A DNA stretch of 64,000 bases from the IMG/VR virus record IMGVR_UViG_3300045988_036168. One strand, written 5' to 3'. The DNA is from a virus. Of this stretch, positions 44,283 through 52,315 are shown piece after piece (the first letter of the stretch is position 1; the number at the start of each line of letters is the position of its first letter). The position numbers and the translations under genes were made by a program. Below the pieces are notes generated by a model. That model worked only from the letters and a program-made list of their open reading frames with translations, was not told the origin of the DNA and searched no databases.

Positions 44283-44830
44283 TTGCCCTCCTTCATCATC
44301 AGGTCGTACAGCTTAGCCTTCAGCTCCATGATCGTCATGTCGCGGTCGTGAACCTCCGCTTCGAGCTGGCCGATTTTCTTCTGAGCGGCCTGCTCAGCGT
44401 CAACAGCCTCCCGGCATCTTCTGTGTTCCACATCGCGGTCATCCTTGGCCCGTTTCAGTTCTCCGTTCAGCTCCTTGACCTGCTGGTGAAGCATCTTGTT
44501 CTCTTCCAGCGCATCAATGACCGGGAAGTTGCTGTGCTGATTGTAGAAGCGGGTCGCATCCTCCCAGCTCCAGATCTTAAAAGCTACCTGATAGAAATAC
44601 TTGCTCAGTCCAACGCGGCCAGAGGAATAAGTACCACGCGGATCAGGTTCGCCGTCGAACCCATTCAGGCGGCCGTTGTCATTGGCGAGCCGAATAAGCT
44701 CTTTCACTTCGCTGCGACCGAAAATGTCTTGCGCTCTGCAAATGTCCTCAGGCTTGGTGCTCAGACCGTGTGCCGCTACTTCCTTCAGAAGTTCCTCTGC
44801 GGTTTTGATGCTGTCATACTGGCTTGCCAT
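44279..44830 (-). CDS. hypothetical coiled-coil protein (183 aa)
   Basis: First ORF after the promoter at 44926-44953. AAGGAGA RBS. Confidence 0.6.
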   Translation of the reverse strand: MASQYDSIKTAEELLKEVAAHGLSTKPEDICRAQDIFGRSEVKELIRLANDNGRLNGFDGEPDPRGTYSSGRVGLSKYFYQVAFKIWSWEDATRFYNQHSNFPVIDALEENKMLHQQVKELNGELKRAKDDRDVEHRRCREAVDAEQAAQKKIGQLEAEVHDRDMTIMELKAKLYDLMMKEGK

Positions 44831-44925
44831 ATCGCTGTCTCCTTTTCTTTGTAAGAAAACCGGAGACTTTCCTGAACTGTTGCTCTGGCTATCTCCGATT
44901 ATCCATCTGGTTATTTTGTAACTTT

Positions 44926-44953
44926 ATTATACTGCGATACCTACCTATGTCAA
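44926..44953 (-). promoter_or_regulatory. Sigma-70-type promoter with TAGGTAGG box
   Basis: Minus strand TTGACA-TAGGTAGGTATCGCAG-TATAAT. Lies inside a 57-bp block (44915-44971) identical to 53884-53940. ATTATCCA box at 44898-44905. Confidence 0.65.
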
Positions 44954-45009
44954 TATGTTTTCGTTAATTTTTATGAAGAAATTTTCTATCTATATACGTT
45001 TCGCGATAT

Positions 45010-45126
45010 GCCCGTAAACAGCCCGTACAGGGCCTATACCGCCTCGTAGCGTCAGCGGTGTGAATGGATGCAGAGGGCCGTGACGGTCGTGTGCGTGGCC
45101 GTACGGGGTGCAGCGGGTGTACGGGG
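45010..45126. repeat. GC-rich non-coding tract with GTACGGG-type repeats
   Basis: GCCCGTA at 45010 and 45021. GTACGGGG at 45101 and 45119. The palindrome CCGTACGG lies at 45099-45106. Confidence 0.6.
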
Positions 45127-45135
45127 CATTTGGGT

Positions 45136-45172
45136 ATAAAAAATCACCCTCCCGGTCGTAACCGAGAGGGTG
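45136..45172 (-). terminator. Intrinsic terminator after the HTH gene
   Basis: Minus strand CACCCTCTCGG-TTACGA-CCGGGAGGGTG followed by ATTTTTTAT. Confidence 0.75.
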
Positions 45173-45186
45173 GCTTCATCGTGCGC

Positions 45187-45684
45187 TTATTCTTTTTTCG
45201 GCCCCTTTTCGATCTGGGTGCCATACTTCTCCACGAATGCGGCGGCGACGCTGGATTGGACTGTCCGCAGCCTGTCCTTGGACGTGTCCGTGTGATACTC
45301 CGCCATGAAATACCGGCCTTCGCTGTCAACGTACAACTCAGCGGCTTCGCCGTCTGCATTGAACTCGTTGACGCCGTCCTCATAAAAGCTGTTCGAGATG
45401 GCCTCCGCAGCCGCGGTATCGAACGTAATCTTGTCGCAGTTACCGCACAGCCTGCGGCCGTGCCCGCTGACGTGAGGCTTCAGGATCTCGCCAGTCTTGC
45501 GCATCGTGAAGGTCACATCGACGCCGAGAACGTCCATGAGTGCCAAAAACTCGTCAGCCCTGATGCTGTTCCGGTTCAAACGCAGGTTGAAGTTCTGCGG
45601 AGTCCAACCCATTTGACGGGCGAGCCACGCCTGCGAGTTCTTCGTTTTCGCCAGAGCTGCATCCATAAGTTCTCTCGATGTCAT
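45187..45684 (-). CDS. HTH-domain regulator (165 aa), monocistronic
   Basis: ORF trimmed to ATG 45684 (GGAGGTG RBS). NSQAWLARQMGWTPQNFNLRLNRNS looks like an HTH. Has its own promoter and terminator. Confidence 0.6.
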   Translation of the reverse strand: MTSRELMDAALAKTKNSQAWLARQMGWTPQNFNLRLNRNSIRADEFLALMDVLGVDVTFTMRKTGEILKPHVSGHGRRLCGNCDKITFDTAAAEAISNSFYEDGVNEFNADGEAAELYVDSEGRYFMAEYHTDTSKDRLRTVQSSVAAAFVEKYGTQIEKGPKKE

Positions 45685-45720
45685 ATCTTCACCTCCGTTT
45701 CGAGTATCTCTGTGCTTGCT

Positions 45721-45749
45721 ATGATACATCGAAACAGATGCAAAATCAA
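45721..45749 (-). promoter_or_regulatory. Promoter of the monocistronic HTH gene
   Basis: Minus strand TTGATT-17 nt-TATCAT. Confidence 0.55.
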
Positions 45750-45802
45750 GATTTTCTTTGCCAGCATTATCGTTTCCGTTCATATCGTGGAAATTACTCC
45801 CC

Positions 45803-46159
45803 CTAAATCTTCGGAATAGTGCCGCCGTACACGCCGGCCATTTTCAGTTTCCGCAGCGTCCCAATCTGCTTCCGGTTAATGCTGAGGCCGTAGCAGCAGT
45901 CGTTGTTCCACACAGCCACAGCATTTGCCTGCATACAAAGCCACGTCAGGAAGTCGTAGTAATACTCCCGAGGGCACAGGTCGTTCAGTTCTTGCCGCGA
46001 TACGCCCTTCTTCTGGCAGGCTAAGGCGATCAGCTTCTCTTGGTGCGACGGAACCGCGTATTCCACAGTCCCATCCTCCAAAATCACGACCTCCAAATAC
46101 TGCACATACGTCTGCTTGTGCTTTTCGAGATCGAACGCGCAGTAGATGTCATAGGCCAT
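45803..46159 (-). CDS. hypothetical protein (118 aa)
   Basis: ORF-track ORF. Confidence 0.55.
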   Translation of the reverse strand: MAYDIYCAFDLEKHKQTYVQYLEVVILEDGTVEYAVPSHQEKLIALACQKKGVSRQELNDLCPREYYYDFLTWLCMQANAVAVWNNDCCYGLSINRKQIGTLRKLKMAGVYGGTIPKI

Positions 46160-46163
46160 CGTG

Positions 46164-46694
46164 TCAGGCCCCCGCCGGTGCCGTCGGGATGAACCCGCGG
46201 ATCAGATCCTCGTACAGTCTGCGGTATGTATCACGTTCAGCCTTTACCGTCGCCAGTTCCAAAGCGGCCTTTGTATCGGTCTCCTTGCTGACGACAGCTT
46301 CCCGCTTTTCGACCTGCTGTTCGCGTTCCTTCAGGCGCTCGATCAGGCCGGGGTACTTCTTGAGGCCCAGAGCCGTCGCAACCGCGATGTCGATGTCGCG
46401 CATCTCCTCCGCCGTACAGCGCCCGATGTAATTGCCGAGCCGTTCCAGCGATACCGTATTGATCTGCTCACACATGACCGTGCTCGCCCTTCCTGTACTC
46501 AGGATCTCAACGTGGGTCGGCAGATTGCTCTTCGGCTGCGTCGTGCAAAAGGCCACCTGCACGGTTTCGGAGTAGCGGTTCCCTTCGTCACAGGAAACAA
46601 CCACGCCGGGACGCCCCGTATGTTCCTCGCTTCCGACCTGAATGCCGAACTTGTGGACATAGAAGATGTCGCCACGTCTGATGCTGAAGCTCAC
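46164..46694 (-). CDS. MazF/PemK-fold toxin-like protein with coiled-coil C-terminal extension
   Basis: RGDIFYV..GRPGVVVS..TTQPKSNLPTHVEI..VMCEQINTVSLERL, plus a helical tail of about 65 aa. Confidence 0.7.
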   Translation of the reverse strand: MSFSIRRGDIFYVHKFGIQVGSEEHTGRPGVVVSCDEGNRYSETVQVAFCTTQPKSNLPTHVEILSTGRASTVMCEQINTVSLERLGNYIGRCTAEEMRDIDIAVATALGLKKYPGLIERLKEREQQVEKREAVVSKETDTKAALELATVKAERDTYRRLYEDLIRGFIPTAPAGA

Positions 46695-47101
46695 ACTCCA
46701 TCTCTCCCTTCAAAATATCGGCTTCGCTCTTCCGGTGTAGGCCAGTCTGGGTCGATGCCACGCTTGCGGCGGTTGCGTCGCCAGCCGTTGTAGACCTTCA
46801 CATCGCGTTCGTCAATGCTGTACCCGACGCCGCGTTCGGCGCGGTCGTGGACTAACAGCGGGCGCGGATAGTTCGGGTTCCGCGCCCTCAGAACCTCGTA
46901 TGCGCCAACAGGCTCTTCGAGCTTCCATCCGCTTTGCTTCAGGTATGTTTTGAGGTCGGACAACATCCCGTGCCTGACCGTCACTCTGTTCTTCATCTGC
47001 TCCTCCATTTCCTGCTTCCGGTAAAACCGCTCTCGGTCGAGGAAGCCTTTCGTGGCGTAGTATTCGCCAGCATCCATGCCGCAAAAATCAGCCTCGCTCA
47101 T
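46691..47101 (-). CDS. hypothetical protein (136 aa)
   Basis: ORF-track ORF, 4-nt overlap with the MazF-like gene. Confidence 0.55.
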   Translation of the reverse strand: MSEADFCGMDAGEYYATKGFLDRERFYRKQEMEEQMKNRVTVRHGMLSDLKTYLKQSGWKLEEPVGAYEVLRARNPNYPRPLLVHDRAERGVGYSIDERDVKVYNGWRRNRRKRGIDPDWPTPEERSRYFEGRDGV

Positions 47102-47205
47102 TCGTCATCCTCCATCGGGTGCCAATGGTAGCTGCAGTCCGGGTTCTCGCATTCTCCGTTGAACATGAGTTGTCCACACAGCGGGCAGGTCGTCACTTCA
47201 TACAT
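47098..47205 (-). CDS. putative zinc-ribbon microprotein (35 aa)
   Basis: Not in the ORF track. CPLCG..CENPDC. Its stop overlaps the next ATG as ATGA. Confidence 0.4.
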   Translation of the reverse strand: MYEVTTCPLCGQLMFNGECENPDCSYHWHPMEDDE

Positions 47206-47419
47206 CTGAGATTCCACAGCTTTTCTCCTCCTTGTCCGTCAGCCGCTTCAACGCGGCCGCTTGCTCTTCGATAAGGTCTGCGGCAGCCTTTGCCACCGTG
47301 CCGGCGCATTTGAACCGTGCTGGCCGCTCAAACGCAGGGCATTGCTCCTTCGGGCAGCGTCCTGTTTCGATGGCCGATTGATGGCATCGAAGCGCCAAAA
47401 GAACTTCTTGCGGTGTCAT
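47198..47419 (-). CDS. hypothetical Cys-containing protein (73 aa)
   Basis: ORF trimmed to ATG 47419, which overlaps the MTase stop. Confidence 0.5.
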   Translation of the reverse strand: MTPQEVLLALRCHQSAIETGRCPKEQCPAFERPARFKCAGTVAKAAADLIEEQAAALKRLTDKEEKSCGISDV

Positions 47420-48192
47420 CAGCCCACCTCCTTGCTGTGGCTTCTGCAGCACTCGCGGAGGCGGGTGCGCATCACGTCGCAATACTGCTTTTCATTCTCA
47501 ATGCCTATGTACTGCCGCCCCGTTCTGCAGCAGGCAACACCGATGGAGGCACTTCCAGCGCAGCAGTCGAGCACGACCTCGCCGGGGTTGGTATATGTGA
47601 GCACCAGTCTCTCGCACAGCCATACCGGCTTCTGCGTCGGGTGCAGGTGGCTCGTCTGCTTATCGCTGGGGCCTTTGACAACACTTCGCGGGTAGCGGTC
47701 TGTGTTGCCGCCGCCCTTGACTTCCTTCGTCGCCTTCTGGTAGATCTCAGTGCGGTTCTGCGTGTCGATGTAATGGGTGTAGCTGTTCACCGGCTGATGG
47801 CCGTCCGTCTTCTGCGGGTTGTACGTCGGCTGGCGGCGGTAGAAAATCAGGATGTTCTCATGCGCCCGCATGGGCATTCGCTTCGCATTTAGATGGCCGG
47901 TGGCGTTGCTCTTCTCCCAGATCCACTCGTACCGCAGATTTCTCAGGTTGCTGCATCCCAGCACCTTGTCGAACGGCGTCTGCGCAAACAGAGCTACCGC
48001 TCCATCCTTTTTCACGACGCGGTCGGCTTCGCTCCAGAACGCATCAAGGTCAATCGGCGTGTCCCACTTGCAGTTTGTTCGCCCATACGGCAGATCCGTG
48101 AAAAGGAAATCCACGCTTCCCGCCGGCAGGAGCCGCATCCCGTCGATGCAGTCTCCCAAATAGGTCTTATAGTTCCAGTCTTTGCGCTCCAT
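47419..48192 (-). CDS. Beta-class N6-adenine/N4-cytosine DNA methyltransferase
   Basis: FLFTDLPYG (DPPY motif), HPTQKP, VLDCCAGSASIG (motif I). Confidence 0.9.
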   Translation of the reverse strand: MERKDWNYKTYLGDCIDGMRLLPAGSVDFLFTDLPYGRTNCKWDTPIDLDAFWSEADRVVKKDGAVALFAQTPFDKVLGCSNLRNLRYEWIWEKSNATGHLNAKRMPMRAHENILIFYRRQPTYNPQKTDGHQPVNSYTHYIDTQNRTEIYQKATKEVKGGGNTDRYPRSVVKGPSDKQTSHLHPTQKPVWLCERLVLTYTNPGEVVLDCCAGSASIGVACCRTGRQYIGIENEKQYCDVMRTRLRECCRSHSKEVG

Positions 48193-48204
48193 GTGGCACC
48201 ACCC

Positions 48205-48438
48205 TCACTCGAAGTACCCGCAGGGCGGCTCGTCACAGTAAGCCTCGCGGTCGTGTTCTTCACACCACCCGACACCGTTTGCGTCCTCGTCCCCGAATCG
48301 CTGGCATCCACCGCAGCACATCTCCCGCGGCTCTTTCAGGGCGTGTAAGGCAATGCCGATTGCTGTGTCCAGCTCAGACTCAAAGCAGCCCTTGCTCTGC
48401 TCTCGTTCAATGATGGCGATTGCGTCGCTTCGTTTCAT
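48205..48438 (-). CDS. Cys-rich protein (77 aa)
   Basis: ORF-track ORF. CCGGCQ..C..C. Confidence 0.5.
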   Translation of the reverse strand: MKRSDAIAIIEREQSKGCFESELDTAIGIALHALKEPREMCCGGCQRFGDEDANGVGWCEEHDREAYCDEPPCGYFE

Positions 48439-48441
48439 CCA

Positions 48442-48609
48442 TCACGCCTCCTTCGCGTCGTAGTGCTCGCACCCTACCGATACGTCGAGGCTTTTCTTGG
48501 CGTTCTCGACCTCGTTGTAGCGCCCGGTGACGATGAACATATTGAAGATCGCCAACGACCGCTTCAAGCAGACGTCAACGTGGCGGCAATTCTGACACTT
48601 TCGTTCCAT
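48442..48609 (-). CDS. putative Cys-containing microprotein (55 aa)
   Basis: Not in the ORF track. AAGGAGG lies 8 nt upstream of ATG 48609. Fills the gap between flanking genes. Confidence 0.5.
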   Translation of the reverse strand: MERKCQNCRHVDVCLKRSLAIFNMFIVTGRYNEVENAKKSLDVSVGCEHYDAKEA

Positions 48610-49275
48610 TTACTCCGCCTCCTTGTAGCAGTAGTCGGTGCATCCGTCATCGTTCAGGCCCGGAGCCCTGCCGGTGACGAACGGCGCTTTGCAGATCCCG
48701 TCAGGATTGAACACGCAATGCTCGGAATCGCACTCGCAGCACAAGCTCGTCAAGAACAATGCCTGTGCAACCTCTCGATCCTTTGGCTCGCCCACGAGCA
48801 GCAGCTTTGCAACGCCGCGGCTGTATCGTTCGTCGAACCATTCCCAGACCTCCTCCCGGTTCGTTCCAGCCGGGAAGCAAAGGAACTGAGCCTCGATTTC
48901 TTCCGTCTCGGGGTTCATTGGCACATCCCCAAACTCAGCCCAGAGCCGCTCCAGCCGCTTGTCTCGCTCTTTCAGCGTCGGGATTGCCTTTGCTCTCTGC
49001 TCGTTCAGGTAGGCTTCATAGTATGCGTACTCGTCCTCGAAGGTTTCGCCGCTCTTTCGGAACTCGTCAAGCGTGTTGCAAATCAGGCCGACCACATCAG
49101 CCTCGGGCGTTGCCTTGACGTATTCGTCAGGGTCGAGTTCCTCCGCTTTCAGGTGCCCAAAGTAGAACCAGTTGTCGCCGATCTGGCAGACAGTCCCATG
49201 ATCCATATTCGGATCTTTGACGAAGCGAACGCTTCCGTTGCGGATGCCTTCGCGCACCATATCCTCAGTAATCAT
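48610..49275 (-). CDS. hypothetical protein (221 aa)
   Basis: ORF-track ORF with a C-terminal Cys cluster. Confidence 0.6.
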   Translation of the reverse strand: MITEDMVREGIRNGSVRFVKDPNMDHGTVCQIGDNWFYFGHLKAEELDPDEYVKATPEADVVGLICNTLDEFRKSGETFEDEYAYYEAYLNEQRAKAIPTLKERDKRLERLWAEFGDVPMNPETEEIEAQFLCFPAGTNREEVWEWFDERYSRGVAKLLLVGEPKDREVAQALFLTSLCCECDSEHCVFNPDGICKAPFVTGRAPGLNDDGCTDYCYKEAE

Positions 49276-49667
49276 CCAAACGTCACCTCCCCGAACAAAG
49301 CGAGCTGCACAATCTCGTCAGCGCAGGCAGCGTCGATTTGGCAGCAGTCAACAGTGCCGTCTTTCTGCACAGCCCCGTATTCGTCGAGGCCCTGCTCGAC
49401 CCACAGCTTGAAGCCATTCAGGAACTTCTCCAGATCCAGCTCCCACTTCTCGTCGATGTCCTCGACGTCGTGGAGAACCAGGGCGCCGCCGCGGGCAATC
49501 TGCTCATGCCCCCAGTCGGCACAGCGCCGTTCTTCCACAACCTCGGCTTCGGAGCACCAGTAGTTGATGCCGCCCTCCAAAGCCGCAACCATGATGTCGT
49601 CGATGTCCTCGACCGTCAGTTTGACATCGCGCTCAGTGTGAACGCTGAAGGTTTGCTTCTTCTCCAT
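49272..49667 (-). CDS. hypothetical protein, tandem paralog 1
   Basis: ORF trimmed to ATG 49667 (GAGGAGGG RBS). Shares EDID.I..AL.GG..W ... QLALFGE with the upstream gene. Confidence 0.55.
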   Translation of the reverse strand: MEKKQTFSVHTERDVKLTVEDIDDIMVAALEGGINYWCSEAEVVEERRCADWGHEQIARGGALVLHDVEDIDEKWELDLEKFLNGFKLWVEQGLDEYGAVQKDGTVDCCQIDAACADEIVQLALFGEVTFG

Positions 49668-49678
49668 GTTGTCCCTCC

Positions 49679-50047
49679 TCAAAACTTCGTTTCTCCGAAA
49701 AGGGCGAACTGCACGATCACGTCCGCCTCGTTCGTTGTCAGGTCATCCAGAACCAGCCGTTCATCCTCAATGCGGATGTGGCAGCTCTCCTCTATGTACT
49801 GCTTGATTCCAGCGGTCAGCTTCGCCTTGTCCAGCTCATACCACGTTCCATCGGTTCCTCGGATGGCAATTTCGCCGCCGTTGGACACCTGCTCGCAAAC
49901 TCGCTTGCCCAGAATGTTGCCAACGGCCATCACGCGGTCGGCCCAGCCAGCGATGCCGCCGGCGTTCAGAGCCTCAAACAAAATGACGTCAAGATCTTCC
50001 TTCGTGATCTGTACCGCCACTTCCGCTCTCAGGTTGATGTTGTTCAT
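49679..50047 (-). CDS. hypothetical protein, tandem paralog 2
   Basis: EDLDVILFEALNAGGIAGW ... QFALFGETKF. GGAGG RBS. Confidence 0.55.
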   Translation of the reverse strand: MNNINLRAEVAVQITKEDLDVILFEALNAGGIAGWADRVMAVGNILGKRVCEQVSNGGEIAIRGTDGTWYELDKAKLTAGIKQYIEESCHIRIEDERLVLDDLTTNEADVIVQFALFGETKF

Positions 50048-50339
50048 CCAGATACCTCCTCATTTCTTCCGCATCATCGCGGACTTGTTCGTTGAGCCAC
50101 CGCTTCAACTCAGATCGCTCCCACGATTGCTTCTGCATCGGGCGTACCGGCACCATCGCAGCAATGCCGCCCGTATCTCTGGCAAGCCCTTTAAGAGCGT
50201 CGCACCTTTCCTGTGTGGCGGGTACATCCTCAAAAACCAGCGTTGTGCTGCCGCCAGATGTATATACCGACTTTACCGTGAACGGTTGGTCACTGATGTT
50301 GACGATGTCGCCCGGTTGCAAATCGGCTACCGTCTTCAC
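49989..50339 (-). CDS. hypothetical protein (116 aa)
   Basis: ORF trimmed to GTG 50339, 1 nt after the upstream stop. The 3' end overlaps the next gene by 59 nt. Start is uncertain. Confidence 0.4.
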   Translation of the reverse strand: MKTVADLQPGDIVNISDQPFTVKSVYTSGGSTTLVFEDVPATQERCDALKGLARDTGGIAAMVPVRPMQKQSWERSELKRWLNEQVRDDAEEMRRYLDEQHQPESGSGGTDHEGRS

Positions 50340-50340
50340 G

Positions 50341-50685
50341 TCACTCGTCCTCCTCGTCGTCGATTTCAGGCAGAGCCGAACTCGGGTGCTGCCAGTCGCA
50401 GTACCAGAACAGGTGTCTGGCCTTCTCCACGTCCCCGCCGCACTCTTCAATGAAGTCGTTGCCGGTGTAGCAGCAACCGACGATTTCCTCCACGTCCTCC
50501 GGGCCGTTCGCGGGTTCCGTGACCGGAATCAGGTTCAGGGCAAGGTCGGGAATGTAAATGATGTCGTCGCCCTGTTCAAATCGAGCAGCCTTGAAGATTT
50601 CACAATCCTGACCGTTTCTGAACGCGAACAGGTTGTCCATGATGGCTCCGCCGAGCAATTTCTCGCGCAATTCTGCCTTTGTCAT
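50341..50685 (-). CDS. hypothetical acidic protein (114 aa)
   Basis: ORF trimmed to ATG 50685 (ATGA overlap). Confidence 0.5.
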   Translation of the reverse strand: MTKAELREKLLGGAIMDNLFAFRNGQDCEIFKAARFEQGDDIIYIPDLALNLIPVTEPANGPEDVEEIVGCCYTGNDFIEECGGDVEKARHLFWYCDWQHPSSALPEIDDEEDE

Positions 50686-51191
50686 TCCTGAGTGCCTCCT
50701 CTGCAAAGACTTTCGCCACAGCCGGGGCAGTAGTCGGGGTAATCGGGAGCGTCGCAGTCCTCATACCAGATGTGGTTGCACCGGAGGCATCTATACTGCC
50801 GCAGTTCCACGTCCTCGGCAGGCCCGTCGCCTGTCTCGTATTTTCTCTGTGCTTTTGCCGCCTGAGCGGCTTCCTTTTCCCCGGCCAGCCACATCATGCA
50901 CTCGGTCAGGTCGGGGAACTCTTCCGTCCAAGCGTCGCCGGTGCTATTGTCGATGCCGATGTACTCAACGCCAGTCTCCAGCACGAACAGGCCACGAGGC
51001 CCGCGGTGTTCGATGATGGCGTTTGCCTCCTGCTGGCTGACGTATTTGAACCACCGATAGTCCTCATGTACCACGCCGCAGTTGGGGCAAACCCAAAGTG
51101 GGACGTTGTTGCGCTTCCCGAACCTGCCAAAGTAGATGTCCCGTGAAACGTAGCTTCCGCAGTCATAGCATCTTGTAGCCTGAGCTATCAT
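50682..51191 (-). CDS. double zinc-ribbon protein (169 aa)
   Basis: ORF trimmed to ATG 51191 (AAGGAGG RBS). CYDCG..CPNCG and CLRCN..CPGCG. Confidence 0.55.
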   Translation of the reverse strand: MIAQATRCYDCGSYVSRDIYFGRFGKRNNVPLWVCPNCGVVHEDYRWFKYVSQQEANAIIEHRGPRGLFVLETGVEYIGIDNSTGDAWTEEFPDLTECMMWLAGEKEAAQAAKAQRKYETGDGPAEDVELRQYRCLRCNHIWYEDCDAPDYPDYCPGCGESLCRGGTQE

Positions 51192-51204
51192 TTCCACACC
51201 TCCT

Positions 51205-51393
51205 TCAGTTCCAGCACAAGTTTCGGATCTCTCGATCAGAAAGTCCAATCGTTCCATCCAACATCTCGGTCAGGAAGTCGTACTGTTCGTCGCCTCCCAT
51301 GCGGTCGGCGTACTCCAAAACGTTTCGGAGGATGCGAGCCGCAGCGCCGTCAATGTCGAACTCTTCCAACAGCCACTCATACGCCTTTTCCAT
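51205..51393 (-). CDS. hypothetical protein (62 aa)
   Basis: ORF trimmed to ATG 51393, just after the upstream TAA. Start is uncertain. Confidence 0.45.
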   Translation of the reverse strand: MEKAYEWLLEEFDIDGAAARILRNVLEYADRMGGDEQYDFLTEMLDGTIGLSDREIRNLCWN

Positions 51394-51394
51394 A

Positions 51395-52315
51395 TTAGCG
51401 GCCACCAGCCCTTTCGTATTCATGCACCGTCCGGTGCTCGCCGTCGTCTTCAACATAGGGGCGGTGGATGTCGAACCCGTGGTCGAGCATCACCTGCTGC
51501 ACCGCATCGACAGCCTCGCCGATGTGGTACATATCCCAGTCGAACTCGTCCTCGTCCTGTTCCAGAAGAACCAGCAGGAACCGGTACATAGCGTTGTCGA
51601 TCTCGTCCAGACGCTCAATCTGGCGAGGCGACAGCTCTGCTCGGTCATCTTCGTCATCAGACTTGCCTTGCAGCACATCCTCCATCGCAGACGCCAGCTT
51701 GTTCAGCATCAGTTTGATGTCATCAGCATCCTTCACAAGCGTCTTGAGGTCAGGGACGCCGGACACCCGTCCCTGTGCTTCAATCCACATCTTGGCGTGT
51801 TCCTCAGCGTCGAAGCCATTCGCATAGGAACGAATCTCGCGCACCATGTCGTCCGCGTTGCGGACGTCGCTCGCGCTGATGTCGAAAGAGAAATCTTCAC
51901 CGGCGGGGCTGTTCTGGATGAACTCCCATTCGGTGTCGCTTTCGCGGACGCACCAGCCAAGCTCCTCGGCTTTATCGAGCAGATCGTCGATGTTCACGTC
52001 GTTCCCCAACTCACCGAGGTCAATCTCGATGACGGGCATCTCCTGGCTGAGGCCCACACAGTATTCGCACCAAGCGTCAGTCGGTTCGTCCGTGTCTTCG
52101 TCGTAATCGCAGAGGGCAAGGCTTTCGATGCCAGCGGCCTGCGCAATCTCGCGCATCACGTCTCCATAGCAGGAGCCGTTGCGCTCGAAGCCACGCATCC
52201 GCTCTTTGATGCTCTGCTCAATGTCGTCGGCCTGTTCCTGCGGAACGACCATAACGCTGTCCATCCAGCGGTTCATTTCGGATTTGCACCGAATGGCTAC
52301 CATGTTTTCACTCAT
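51395..52315 (-). CDS. hypothetical, strongly acidic protein (306 aa)
   Basis: Long ORF rich in D/E throughout. No domain recognised. Confidence 0.65.
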   Translation of the reverse strand: MSENMVAIRCKSEMNRWMDSVMVVPQEQADDIEQSIKERMRGFERNGSCYGDVMREIAQAAGIESLALCDYDEDTDEPTDAWCEYCVGLSQEMPVIEIDLGELGNDVNIDDLLDKAEELGWCVRESDTEWEFIQNSPAGEDFSFDISASDVRNADDMVREIRSYANGFDAEEHAKMWIEAQGRVSGVPDLKTLVKDADDIKLMLNKLASAMEDVLQGKSDDEDDRAELSPRQIERLDEIDNAMYRFLLVLLEQDEDEFDWDMYHIGEAVDAVQQVMLDHGFDIHRPYVEDDGEHRTVHEYERAGGR

